Shown here: piece after piece, positions 38,736 to 49,109 of the stretch
How the letters are laid out: the number at the start of each line of letters is the position of its first letter
How positions within the stretch are numbered: position 1 is the first letter of the stretch
NCBI GenBank assembly: GCA_020852955.1
Contig: JADYZW010000035.1
Location: 26,024 to 90,023, forward strand
Reading direction: 5' to 3'
Origin: Deltaproteobacteria bacterium
Lineage (GTDB): Bacteria > Desulfobacterota > Binatia > UTPRO1
Length of the DNA stretch: 64,000 bases
Program-made: the position numbers and the translations under genes
The notes under the pieces: model-generated
Seen by the model: only the letters and a program-made list of their open reading frames with translations
The model's database searches: none
What the model was told of the DNA's origin: nothing

Positions 38736-39914
38736 TCACCCCAGGCTCCGGAAGACGCCAAACGCGCTCGTGTAGCCGTGCAGGAACGTCCGCCCGTGCA
38801 CCGGTCCGATCTCGCCGTTGCAGAAGAACCCGCCGAGCGGCACCCGACCGAGATGGCGCTGGAAGGTCCGCGTATCGTGGTCCGGAGTTCCGTAGAGCTG
38901 CTCGCCCCGACCGAGGCACGAGAAGATCAGCGAGCCCGCCGGCCGCTCGTGCGGATCCTCTCCGTAGCGGGACAACACCGCGTCGAGGTCCTGTGCCGAG
39001 GTCGCGGCGTCGCGCAGGTGGAACTGGACGACCATGCCCGTCCGCAGTGCCGCGCCGACCGCGATCGCCCCCGACTTCCCGTCGATGCCGAGGAGGTTGC
39101 GGATCAGGAAGTCGCCTTGCCGGTACGCCTCCTGCTCCTGCATGACGACCCCGAGGAAGAGCGAGCTCGCGAAGAGCTGGCGGTCGCGCGCGTCCGCCTC
39201 GGCGACGAGCTGCTGCAGCACCGCGAGCGCCGGCTTGCCGTCGAGCGCGTGAAGCACGTTCTGGTCGGCGCGCGTCACGAACATCGGCTCGCCGATCGGG
39301 CGGCAGCCCTGCGCGACCACCGTGTCGAGCTCGAGGTTGCCCGCGAGCGCGATGCCCACGGCGCCCGACCGATGGACCGCGTCGCCGAGATAGAGCGCGT
39401 TCGCGCCCGGCTCCCGGCCGCCGCTCGCGAGCCCCCCGATCTTGGGGCTCGCGGGATAGGCGGCGTCGAGCCCCGCCACCAGCGTCTCCGCGTCGAACGT
39501 GAAGGGATCCGGCAGCAGGACGAAGGCGGGACGACGCGCCGCCGCGACACCGGTGGCGCGCTCCCAGGCGTCGGCCGCCGCCGCCCGCGACGGTTGCGCG
39601 TCGCTCTCGAGGTGAAAGGGCCGCACGTCCACGCCCGGGAGCACCGCGGCGGTGAGCGACACGCCGGCCTGCCGCTCGAGCTCGCGCCCGCCGCCGATCA
39701 CGCCTCCCGCCGAGCATCCGAGCGCGAACCGCGGCGCCAAGGCCGCGCGCACGAGCGCGGGCAGCCGCTCGTACTCGCGCTGATGGTGCTCGGACACGAA
39801 GGCGGCCACGAGGTCGGGGGTGGCGCCGTCGAGGCCGGCCGCGACCGCGTCCGCGGCTTCGCGCACCGCGGCCTCGAGCGGCGTCGCCGTCGAGACCGCG
39901 GAGATCCAGCGCAT
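38736..39914 (-). CDS. FIST-domain signal-transduction protein
   Basis: FIST-N and FIST-C type sequence (GCSAGGVIGGG...FVLLPDPFTFD...FFCNGEIGP). Start at the MRWISAVSTA ATG. Confidence 0.75.
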   Translation of the reverse strand: MRWISAVSTATPLEAAVREAADAVAAGLDGATPDLVAAFVSEHHQREYERLPALVRAALAPRFALGCSAGGVIGGGRELERQAGVSLTAAVLPGVDVRPFHLESDAQPSRAAAADAWERATGVAAARRPAFVLLPDPFTFDAETLVAGLDAAYPASPKIGGLASGGREPGANALYLGDAVHRSGAVGIALAGNLELDTVVAQGCRPIGEPMFVTRADQNVLHALDGKPALAVLQQLVAEADARDRQLFASSLFLGVVMQEQEAYRQGDFLIRNLLGIDGKSGAIAVGAALRTGMVVQFHLRDAATSAQDLDAVLSRYGEDPHERPAGSLIFSCLGRGEQLYGTPDHDTRTFQRHLGRVPLGGFFCNGEIGPVHGRTFLHGYTSAFGVFRSLG

Positions 39915-39996
39915 GCGAGGATCCCTAGGCAGAATATGCACGGGCCGCAAGCGTCGGCGCCTTGAGAGTCGCCCGCCAACGGCGTATGCGCCCACG

Positions 39997-40890
39997 ATGC
40001 GAAGCGACGTCTCGTTCACGAGCGACGGCACAATCTGCCGCGGCTGGCTCACCCTCCCCGACGACCGCGCCCCGGGCGCGCGCGCGCCGGCGATCGTCAT
40101 GGCCCACGGCTTCGCGGCCGTGAAGGAGATGCGGCTCGACCGCTTCGCCGAGGCGTTCGCGGCGGCGGGGCTCGCGAGCCTCGTCTTCGACTACCGCGGG
40201 CTCGGCGCGAGCGACGGCGAGCCGCGCCAGGATCTCGACCCGTACGCGCAGGTGCGGGACTACCGGAACGCCATCAGCTGCGCGCGCGCCCGGCCGGAGA
40301 TCGACCCGGAACGCATCGGCGTCTGGGGCTCGAGCTACAGCGGCGGACACGCCCTCACCGTGGGCGCCTGGGACCGGCGCGTGCGCGCGGTCGTCGCCCA
40401 GGTGCCCCTCATCGACGCGTGGGAGTTCGTGACGCGGGGGCTCGGTCCCGCGCTGCGAGACGCGCTCGTCGCGCAGCAGATCGCGGAGCGCGAGCGCCTC
40501 TTCGCGGGCGGCGCGCCCGCGATGATCCCGGTCGTCGGCGCGCCCGACGCCGCGCTCGGAACGCCCGACGCCGCCGCGTGGGTCGAGCGGGCCGCCGCCG
40601 CGGCGCCGTCGTTCCGGAACGAGGTCACGCTGCGCTCGTGGGAACGCCTCCTCGAGTACTCGCCGCTGCGTTGGATCGACCGCGTCGCGCCGACGCCGGT
40701 CGCGATCGTCGCCGCCGAGCACGACCTCCTCTGCCCGATCGAGCTCGCACGCGAGGCGTTCGCGCGCGCCGGCGAGCCGAAGCGCCTCGTCGTGCTGCCC
40801 GTTGGCCACTTCGATCCCTACGAGCCTCCGGGCTTCGCCGACGCCGCCGGCGCCGCGATCGACTGGTTCACGACGCACCTCGGTCACTGA
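39997..40890 (+). CDS. alpha/beta-fold hydrolase
   Basis: GxSxG nucleophile (GVWGSSYSGGHA) and a C-terminal His (VLPVGHFDP). About 298 aa. It is divergent from the FIST gene. Confidence 0.75.
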   Translation: MRSDVSFTSDGTICRGWLTLPDDRAPGARAPAIVMAHGFAAVKEMRLDRFAEAFAAAGLASLVFDYRGLGASDGEPRQDLDPYAQVRDYRNAISCARARPEIDPERIGVWGSSYSGGHALTVGAWDRRVRAVVAQVPLIDAWEFVTRGLGPALRDALVAQQIAERERLFAGGAPAMIPVVGAPDAALGTPDAAAWVERAAAAAPSFRNEVTLRSWERLLEYSPLRWIDRVAPTPVAIVAAEHDLLCPIELAREAFARAGEPKRLVVLPVGHFDPYEPPGFADAAGAAIDWFTTHLGH

Positions 40891-40892
40891 GG

Positions 40893-41918
40893 ATGGCGCA
40901 CACGCGCTCGCGGCTCCCCACCTACGGCGCGGCCGGCCGCCTCGCCCGGATCGTGCTCGGGCTGATGTCGCGGCCGCACGGCTGGCCGCTCGCCGCGATC
41001 ACCGCCGAGCTCGGCATCTCCGAGCGGACGCTGCTGCGCTACCTCGCGGTCTGCCGGAACGAGCTCCTCGACGCGCAGGGCCGCCCGATGATCGAAGTCG
41101 TCGGCCAAGGCGGCGCGCGCGCGCTGAAGCTCGTGGACCACGGCCTCGCCCCCGACGCCGGCGTGTTCGAAGCCGTCTTCTTCTACTTCACGCAGACCGT
41201 GCTCACCTTCCTCGAAGGCACCGTGCTCAAGGACGGCGTCGCCGGCCTCTGGGAGCGCCTCCACCGCGGCCTCCCCGCGAGCCAGCGCACGCGCCTCGTG
41301 AACCTCGGCAAGAAGTTCTACGCGGTGCCGTTCGCGGCCAAGGACTACCGCGGCCACGACGAGCAGCTCGACCTCGCCGTGCGATGCCTGATCGACCAGC
41401 ACCGCATGCGGGTCGACTACCAGGGCCTCGTCGGCGAGGGGAAGGTGCACGACTTCGACCCCTACACGCTCGTGCACTACCGGGGCGGCCTGTACCTCAT
41501 CGGCTACAGCCACCGCTACCGCAAGAACATCTGGCTCGCGGTCGAGCGCATCCGGAGCGTGACGAAGCTCCCCTACCGCTTTGACTACCCGGCGGGCTAC
41601 AGCCCCGAGAAGTACACCGAGGGCATGTTCGGGATCATCGAAGGCCCCGAAACGACGGTCGAGCTCCTGCTGCGCGGCAAGGAGACCGCGGCGTTCCTCG
41701 CTTCGCGCCGCCTGCACCCGACCCAGCGCTTCATCCCCCGCGCCGACGGCACGACGCTCCTCACCATGAAGGTGCGCGGCACGACCGAGCTGTCGAGCTG
41801 GATCCTCTCCCAGGCGCCGTGGGTCGAGGTGGTGAAGCCGGCGGCGCTCCGCGACGAGGTCGCGCGGCGGCTGCGCGAGGGCGCCGCGCTCTACGGCCGC
41901 AGCGCGCGTGAGCGCTGA
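40893..41918 (+). CDS. WYL-domain transcriptional regulator (HTH + WYL)
   Basis: N-terminal HTH (RLARIVLGLMSRPHGWPLAAITAELGISERTLLRYL). The central WYL domain carries the eponymous W-Y-L triad (YLIGYSHRYRKNIWLAVERI). A WCTD-like C-terminal region follows. The gene starts 2 nt after the hydrolase stop. Confidence 0.75.
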   Translation: MAHTRSRLPTYGAAGRLARIVLGLMSRPHGWPLAAITAELGISERTLLRYLAVCRNELLDAQGRPMIEVVGQGGARALKLVDHGLAPDAGVFEAVFFYFTQTVLTFLEGTVLKDGVAGLWERLHRGLPASQRTRLVNLGKKFYAVPFAAKDYRGHDEQLDLAVRCLIDQHRMRVDYQGLVGEGKVHDFDPYTLVHYRGGLYLIGYSHRYRKNIWLAVERIRSVTKLPYRFDYPAGYSPEKYTEGMFGIIEGPETTVELLLRGKETAAFLASRRLHPTQRFIPRADGTTLLTMKVRGTTELSSWILSQAPWVEVVKPAALRDEVARRLREGAALYGRSARER

Positions 41919-42110
41919 ACGCGCGCGCCGCGACCGTTCCGGTCGATCGAGCGCGCAGACGCCCCGGGTGCCGCCGAGCTCGGAGTTGCGGCCCCCGTCG
42001 CCGTCGCGTCCGGGAGTTGCCCCTTGAGCCCGCAGATGCCGTCACGGGCCGACGCGACACTTCTCGCGTCGGCGCGAAATCGCGCGGCGGGTGTGGCACA
42101 TCCCCCATCG
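41891..42110 (-). pseudogene. possible remnant of a histidine-kinase ATPase C-terminus
   Basis: The minus-strand frame encodes ...ERHGGTITVASELGRGACFTVELPTDGG, matching the terminal G2/G3 box of the HATPase_c domain. It has no upstream kinase core. It lies in a 590-bp gap upstream of fbaB and overlaps the 3' end of the WYL gene. Confidence 0.25.
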
Positions 42111-42510
42111 GTCGGGAGCTCGACCGTGAAGCACGCGCCGCGGCCGAGCTCGCTCGCGACCGTGATCGTCCCGCCGTGGCGCTCTGGCGCGTTTTCCCTC
42201 GCGAAACTTCGGTCGGTCCAGGGCCTCGCGTTCACCACCACCTCGCGGCGCGCTCCGGACGGCCTGGGCGGCCGCCGACCCAAATCGGGGTTCCGGGCTA
42301 GCGGGCGAGCTCCGACAGTGCTAGAGCACGAGGGCGTGACCGGTGTCGTGCCGTACGCTCAGCGCGTACGACGTGACGCCGCCGCCCCGGGCGTTGCGTG
42401 GTGTAGCCCCCACCGCCGCGGTGAGAACGACTGTAGGGAACGAGCCTGGCCGCAGGCACGCGGTACGCCGCCGGACGGGCCGACACCTCGAACGACGGAG
42501 GAGAAACGGA

Positions 42511-43563
42511 ATGCTCGGGAAGATCCAGGAATTGCTCGGTAGCCATGCCGATTCCCTGCTGCGCCACAGCTGCAAGACCATCTCCAGAGATCTGCTGCAC
42601 GCGCCCGGTCCCGATTTTCTGGAGCGCGTCTGGATCGACTCCGATCGCAAGCCCGCGGTGCTCCGGAACCTCCAGACCATGTTCGGCCACGGCCGCCTCG
42701 CCCACTCGGGCTACCTCTCGATCCTCCCCGTCGATCAGGGCATCGAGCACTCCGGCGGCGCGAGCTTCGCGCCGAACCCGATCTACTTCGACCCGAAGAG
42801 CATCGTCGAGCTCGCGATCGAGGGCGGTTGCAACGCGGTCGCGAGCACGCTCGGCGTGCTCGGCGCGGTCGCGAAGCGCTACGCGCACCGCATCCCGTTC
42901 ATCCTCAAGTTCAACCACAGCGAGCTCATCACGTACCCGAACAAGTTCGACCAGATCCTCTTCGCGAGCATGCAGCAGGCGTTCGACATGGGCTGCGTCG
43001 GGGTCGGCGCGACGATCTACTTCGGGTCGGACGGCGGCAGCCGCCAGCTCCAGGAGGTCGCGCGGGCGTTCGAGAAGGCCCACGAGCTCGGCATGTTCAC
43101 GGTGCTGTGGTGCTACCTCCGCAACAACGCCTTCAAGACGAAGGAGGCCGACTACCACGAGTCGGCCGACCTCACCGGGCAGGCCAACCACATCGGCACG
43201 ACGATCCAGGCCGACATCATCAAGCAGAAGCTCCCGACCAACAACGGCGGCTACACCGCGCTGAACTTCGGGAAGACCCACGACAAGGTCTACTCGCAGC
43301 TCACGAGCGACCATCCGATCGACCTCTGCCGCTATCAGGTCGCGAACTGCTACATGGGGCGGAGCGGCCTCATCAACTCCGGCGGCGCGTCGGGCAAGAA
43401 CGACCTCGCCGACGCCGCCTTCACCGCCGTCGTCAACAAGCGCGCCGGCGGGACCGGGCTCATCTCCGGCCGCAAGGCCTTCCAGAAGCCCATGAAGCAG
43501 GGCGTGGAGATCCTGAACACGATTCAGGACGTCTACCTCTGCAAGGAGATCGGCCTCGCCTAG
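42511..43563 (+). CDS. fbaB: class I fructose-bisphosphate aldolase (FbaB/DhnA type)
   Basis: 350-aa product that can be aligned along its whole length with enterobacterial FbaB (LRHSCKTI..., [56 protein letters not shown]). A GGAGGA RBS sits 8 nt upstream. Confidence 0.9.
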   Translation: MLGKIQELLGSHADSLLRHSCKTISRDLLHAPGPDFLERVWIDSDRKPAVLRNLQTMFGHGRLAHSGYLSILPVDQGIEHSGGASFAPNPIYFDPKSIVELAIEGGCNAVASTLGVLGAVAKRYAHRIPFILKFNHSELITYPNKFDQILFASMQQAFDMGCVGVGATIYFGSDGGSRQLQEVARAFEKAHELGMFTVLWCYLRNNAFKTKEADYHESADLTGQANHIGTTIQADIIKQKLPTNNGGYTALNFGKTHDKVYSQLTSDHPIDLCRYQVANCYMGRSGLINSGGASGKNDLADAAFTAVVNKRAGGTGLISGRKAFQKPMKQGVEILNTIQDVYLCKEIGLA

Positions 43564-43666
43564 ATACCGACGACGAACCGGACGGCGGCCGGGCGATCCC
43601 GAAGGGACGCCGAGCGCCGGAACGTCCGACGCCGGGCCCGAGGTCGGCATCGAGAGCGCTGCGGTC

Positions 43667-45676
<2,010 letters not shown>

Positions 45677-45743
45677 CGCGGCGGCGGGCGCCGCTCCGGC
45701 GGAGGTGGCGGCGGCGCGGCGCCCGCCCGCGTCCCTTGGCCGG

Positions 45744-46283
45744 CTACAACCGCACGAAGCGATACGCCCGCTGCGCGCGGGTGACGAGGCCGAGGCCGAG
45801 GACGTCGCCGATGAGCTCCACGGCAACGATGACGTCCGGGTCCTCGAACGTCACGGCCGGAGCGTGGCCGCGGGCTTCGAGGGCGGCCGCGAGCGCACCG
45901 CCGAGGCGGCGCTCGAGGTCGTCCGAGCGGAGGACGCGGCGGTGGCCGCGACGCTCGACGCGAACGTGGAACGAGCGCCCGACGAGCGCATCGACGAAGG
46001 ACGCGCTCTCGGCGACGAGCTGCGCGCCGACGTCGGCCGCGAGCGCACGCGTCCGCTCGACCGGCACCACGCGGGCGAGCACCTCGGTCGCGAGAACCGG
46101 ATCCGCCTCGAGCCGCTCGGCGAGCGCCGCGAGGCACGCGTCGACGTCGCCGCTGCGGCCGACCAGCACTTCGGAATAGCCGGCGCGCCGCAGCTGCACG
46201 ATCGGACGCACCGCCCGCACGAGATCGTGGCGCCGGCCGCCGTGCGCGGTGACGACCAGGTTCCAATCGAGGCGCGCGAACAC
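45744..46283 (-). CDS. hypothetical protein (possible THUMP-like RNA-binding fold)
   Basis: The C-terminal about 179 aa of the minus ORF 45744..46613 (VFARLDWNLVVTAHGG...FEDPDVIVAVELIGDVLGLGLV) resembles a THUMP-type beta-sandwich. The start, a GTG, is uncertain. It is divergent from mprF. Confidence 0.3.
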   Translation of the reverse strand: MFARLDWNLVVTAHGGRRHDLVRAVRPIVQLRRAGYSEVLVGRSGDVDACLAALAERLEADPVLATEVLARVVPVERTRALAADVGAQLVAESASFVDALVGRSFHVRVERRGHRRVLRSDDLERRLGGALAAALEARGHAPAVTFEDPDVIVAVELIGDVLGLGLVTRAQRAYRFVRL

Positions 46284-46390
46284 ACCGCCCCATACCCGAT
46301 GCGGATCGGGAATGCTCGCGCACCGCGCCGGATGAGCGGGCCGCCGGCGCGCCGCTTGACGACCTCCAAGCGAGCGGACATGGAGCGGAC

Positions 46391-49018
46391 ATGACGTCCT
46401 CCGGGGGCGACGCCGCGCCGCCGCCCACCTCGCGGCCGCGGCGGCGCGCCCGGCTCGAGGCCCATCGTCAGGAGCTCGCCTCGGCCTTCGGGGTCGCGCT
46501 CTTCGGGGCGGCGCTCTGGATCCTCCATCGCGAGCTCCGCGCCTACTCGTACCCGGAGGTGATGGCCGCGCTGCGCGCCCTGCCGCGCGCGCGCCTCGCC
46601 CTCGGACTCGCATGCACGGCCGCGAGTTATGGCCTCCTCACCGGCTACGACGCGCTCGCGTGCCGCTACCTCGCGCTCGCGCTCCGCTACCGCCAGATCG
46701 CGCTCGCGTCGTTCGTCGGCTACGCCTTCAGCCACAACGTCGGCGCGTCGTTCCTCGGCGGCGGCGCGATCCGCTACCGGCTGTACTCGAGCTGGGGACT
46801 CCAGGCCGGCGAGATCGCGACGATCGTCGCCTTCAACGGCGTCACGTTCTGGCTCGGGTTCCTCCTGCTGACCGGCGGCGCGCTCCTCTTCGAGCCGGCG
46901 GCGGCCCTCTCGGCGCGCACGCTTCCGGCCGGGACCGAGCCCGCCGTCGGCGTCGTCTGCCTCGGCGTCGTCGCGACCTACCTCGGATGGGCCGCGGTGC
47001 GCCGGACGCCGCTCCGCATCCGCGCCTTCGAGCTCCGCATCCCGCCGCTCGGTCTCACCCTCGTGCAGCTCGCGCTCTCGACCCTCGACTGGGCGCTCGC
47101 CGCGAGCGTGCTGTACGTGCTGCTGCCACCGTCTCCGACGCTCGGCTTCGCGGCCTTCCTCACCGCGTTCCTCCTCGCCCAGCTGGCGGGGCTCGCGAGC
47201 CATCTCCCGGCGGGGCTCGGCGTCTTCGAGACCGTCATCCTGGTCGCACTCGCGCCGCACCTCCCGGGCGCGGCGCTGCTGGGGTCGCTCGTCGCGTACC
47301 GCGTCCTCTACTACCTCGCGCCGCTGCTCGCCGCGGGCGCGCTGCTCGGCGCGCACGAGCTCCGGCAGCGGACCGTGGTTCGGCGCGTCGGTGGCCTCTT
47401 CGGCCGCGTCGTCCCCGAGATCGTGCCGCAGGCGCTCGCCGTGACGACCTTCCTCGGCGGTGTCATCCTCCTCGCCTCGGGCGCGACGCCGGCGATCCAC
47501 GGCCGCCTCGGCTGGCTGCAGACCTTCCTGCCGCTACCCGTCCTCGAGACCTCCCACTTCTTCGGCAGCCTGACCGGCGTCGGCCTCCTCCTGCTCGCGC
47601 GCGGCCTGCAGCACCGGCTCGACGCCGCCTACCTCGGCACGGTCGGGCTGCTGTCGGCCGGCGTCGTGTTCTCGCTGCTCAAGGGCCTCGACTACGAAGA
47701 GGCCCTCATTCTCGCCGTGATGCTCGCGGCGCTCCTCCCCTGCCGCAAGCACTTCTACCGGCGCGCCTCGCTCCTCGACGAGTCCTTCACCGCGGGGTGG
47801 AGCCTCGCGATCGCGCTCGTCGTCCTGGGCTCGCTCTGGTTGCTGATGCTCTCGCATCGGCACGTCGACTACTCCAATCAGCTCTGGTGGCAGTTCGAGT
47901 TCGGCAGCAACACGCCGCGCGCGCTGCGCGCGACGACGGCCGCCTCGGTAGTGCTGATCGCGATCGGCCTGGCGCGCCTCCTCCGCCCCGCGCCGCCGCG
48001 GCCGCCGACGCCGACCGCCGCCGACCTCGATCGCGCCGCGGTCGTGATCGCGGCCGCGCCCCGCACCTACGCGCACCTCGCGCTCCTCGGCGACAAGACC
48101 CTCCTCTTCCGCACCGACGCCGGCGCCGTCCCGCGCGCCTTCATCATGTACGGCGTCGAAGGACGCAGCTGGGTGGCGTTCGGCGATCCCGTGGGACCGC
48201 CCGAGGACGGCCGCGAGCTCGCGTGGCGCTTCCGGGAGCTCAGCGACGCGCACGCCGGCTGGACGGTCTTCTACGAGGTCGGCCCGGAGAACCTGCCGCT
48301 CTACCTCGACCTCGGCCTGAGCCTCTTGAAGCTCGGCGAGGAGGCGCGCGTGCCCCTCGCGACGTTCGGCCTCGACGGCAGCGCGCGCAAGAGCCTCCGT
48401 CAGACCCATCGCCGCGTCGCAAAGGAGGGCGTGAGCTTCGCGCTCGTGCCGACCGAGCAGGTGCCGGCGCTGCTCCCCGACCTGCAGCGCGTCTCGGACG
48501 CGTGGCTCGGCGAGAAGCGGACGCGCGAGAAGGGCTTCTCGCTCGGCTTCTTCTCGCCGGACTACCTCCGGCGCGCGCCGGTCGCCGTCGTGCGCCGCGA
48601 GGAGCGGATCGTGGCCTTCGCCAACGTCCTGCCCGGCGGCGGGCGCGAGGAGCTCTCGGTCGACCTCATGCGCTACGAGCCCGCGGCGGCGCCGCCGGGC
48701 GTGATGGACTACCTCTTCCTCGAGCTCATGCTGTGGGGTCGGAACGCCGGCTACCGCTGGTTCAGCCTCGGGATGGCTCCCTTCTCGGGCTTCGACGTGC
48801 GCACGCTCGCCCCGCTCTGGAGCCGCGCCGGCGCCTTCCTCTTCCGGCAGGGCGAGCACTTCTACAACTTCCGGGGCGTCCGCCAGTACAAGGACAAGTT
48901 CGATCCGGTGTGGGAGCCGCGCTACCTCGCCTCGCCCGGCGGGCTCGCGCTGCCGCGCATCCTGACGAACGTCGCCGCCCTCGTCTCGGGCGGCCTCGCC
49001 GGCGTGGTGCGCAAGTGA
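46391..49018 (+). CDS. mprF: bifunctional lysylphosphatidylglycerol flippase/synthetase MprF
   Basis: 875 aa. About 14 N-terminal TM helices (flippase) and a C-terminal LPG-synthase domain (YEVGPENLPLYLDLG, FKDKFDPVWEPRYLA). Confidence 0.9.
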   Translation: MTSSGGDAAPPPTSRPRRRARLEAHRQELASAFGVALFGAALWILHRELRAYSYPEVMAALRALPRARLALGLACTAASYGLLTGYDALACRYLALALRYRQIALASFVGYAFSHNVGASFLGGGAIRYRLYSSWGLQAGEIATIVAFNGVTFWLGFLLLTGGALLFEPAAALSARTLPAGTEPAVGVVCLGVVATYLGWAAVRRTPLRIRAFELRIPPLGLTLVQLALSTLDWALAASVLYVLLPPSPTLGFAAFLTAFLLAQLAGLASHLPAGLGVFETVILVALAPHLPGAALLGSLVAYRVLYYLAPLLAAGALLGAHELRQRTVVRRVGGLFGRVVPEIVPQALAVTTFLGGVILLASGATPAIHGRLGWLQTFLPLPVLETSHFFGSLTGVGLLLLARGLQHRLDAAYLGTVGLLSAGVVFSLLKGLDYEEALILAVMLAALLPCRKHFYRRASLLDESFTAGWSLAIALVVLGSLWLLMLSHRHVDYSNQLWWQFEFGSNTPRALRATTAASVVLIAIGLARLLRPAPPRPPTPTAADLDRAAVVIAAAPRTYAHLALLGDKTLLFRTDAGAVPRAFIMYGVEGRSWVAFGDPVGPPEDGRELAWRFRELSDAHAGWTVFYEVGPENLPLYLDLGLSLLKLGEEARVPLATFGLDGSARKSLRQTHRRVAKEGVSFALVPTEQVPALLPDLQRVSDAWLGEKRTREKGFSLGFFSPDYLRRAPVAVVRREERIVAFANVLPGGGREELSVDLMRYEPAAAPPGVMDYLFLELMLWGRNAGYRWFSLGMAPFSGFDVRTLAPLWSRAGAFLFRQGEHFYNFRGVRQYKDKFDPVWEPRYLASPGGLALPRILTNVAALVSGGLAGVVRK

Positions 49019-49109
49019 GGCCGCGCCGGCGTCACCCCCGGAGCGTCGGCCCGCGGGCGTCGACGACCAGGCGCGCGCCGCCCCCTACCGGATGTCTCCG
49101 CGGCGAGAG

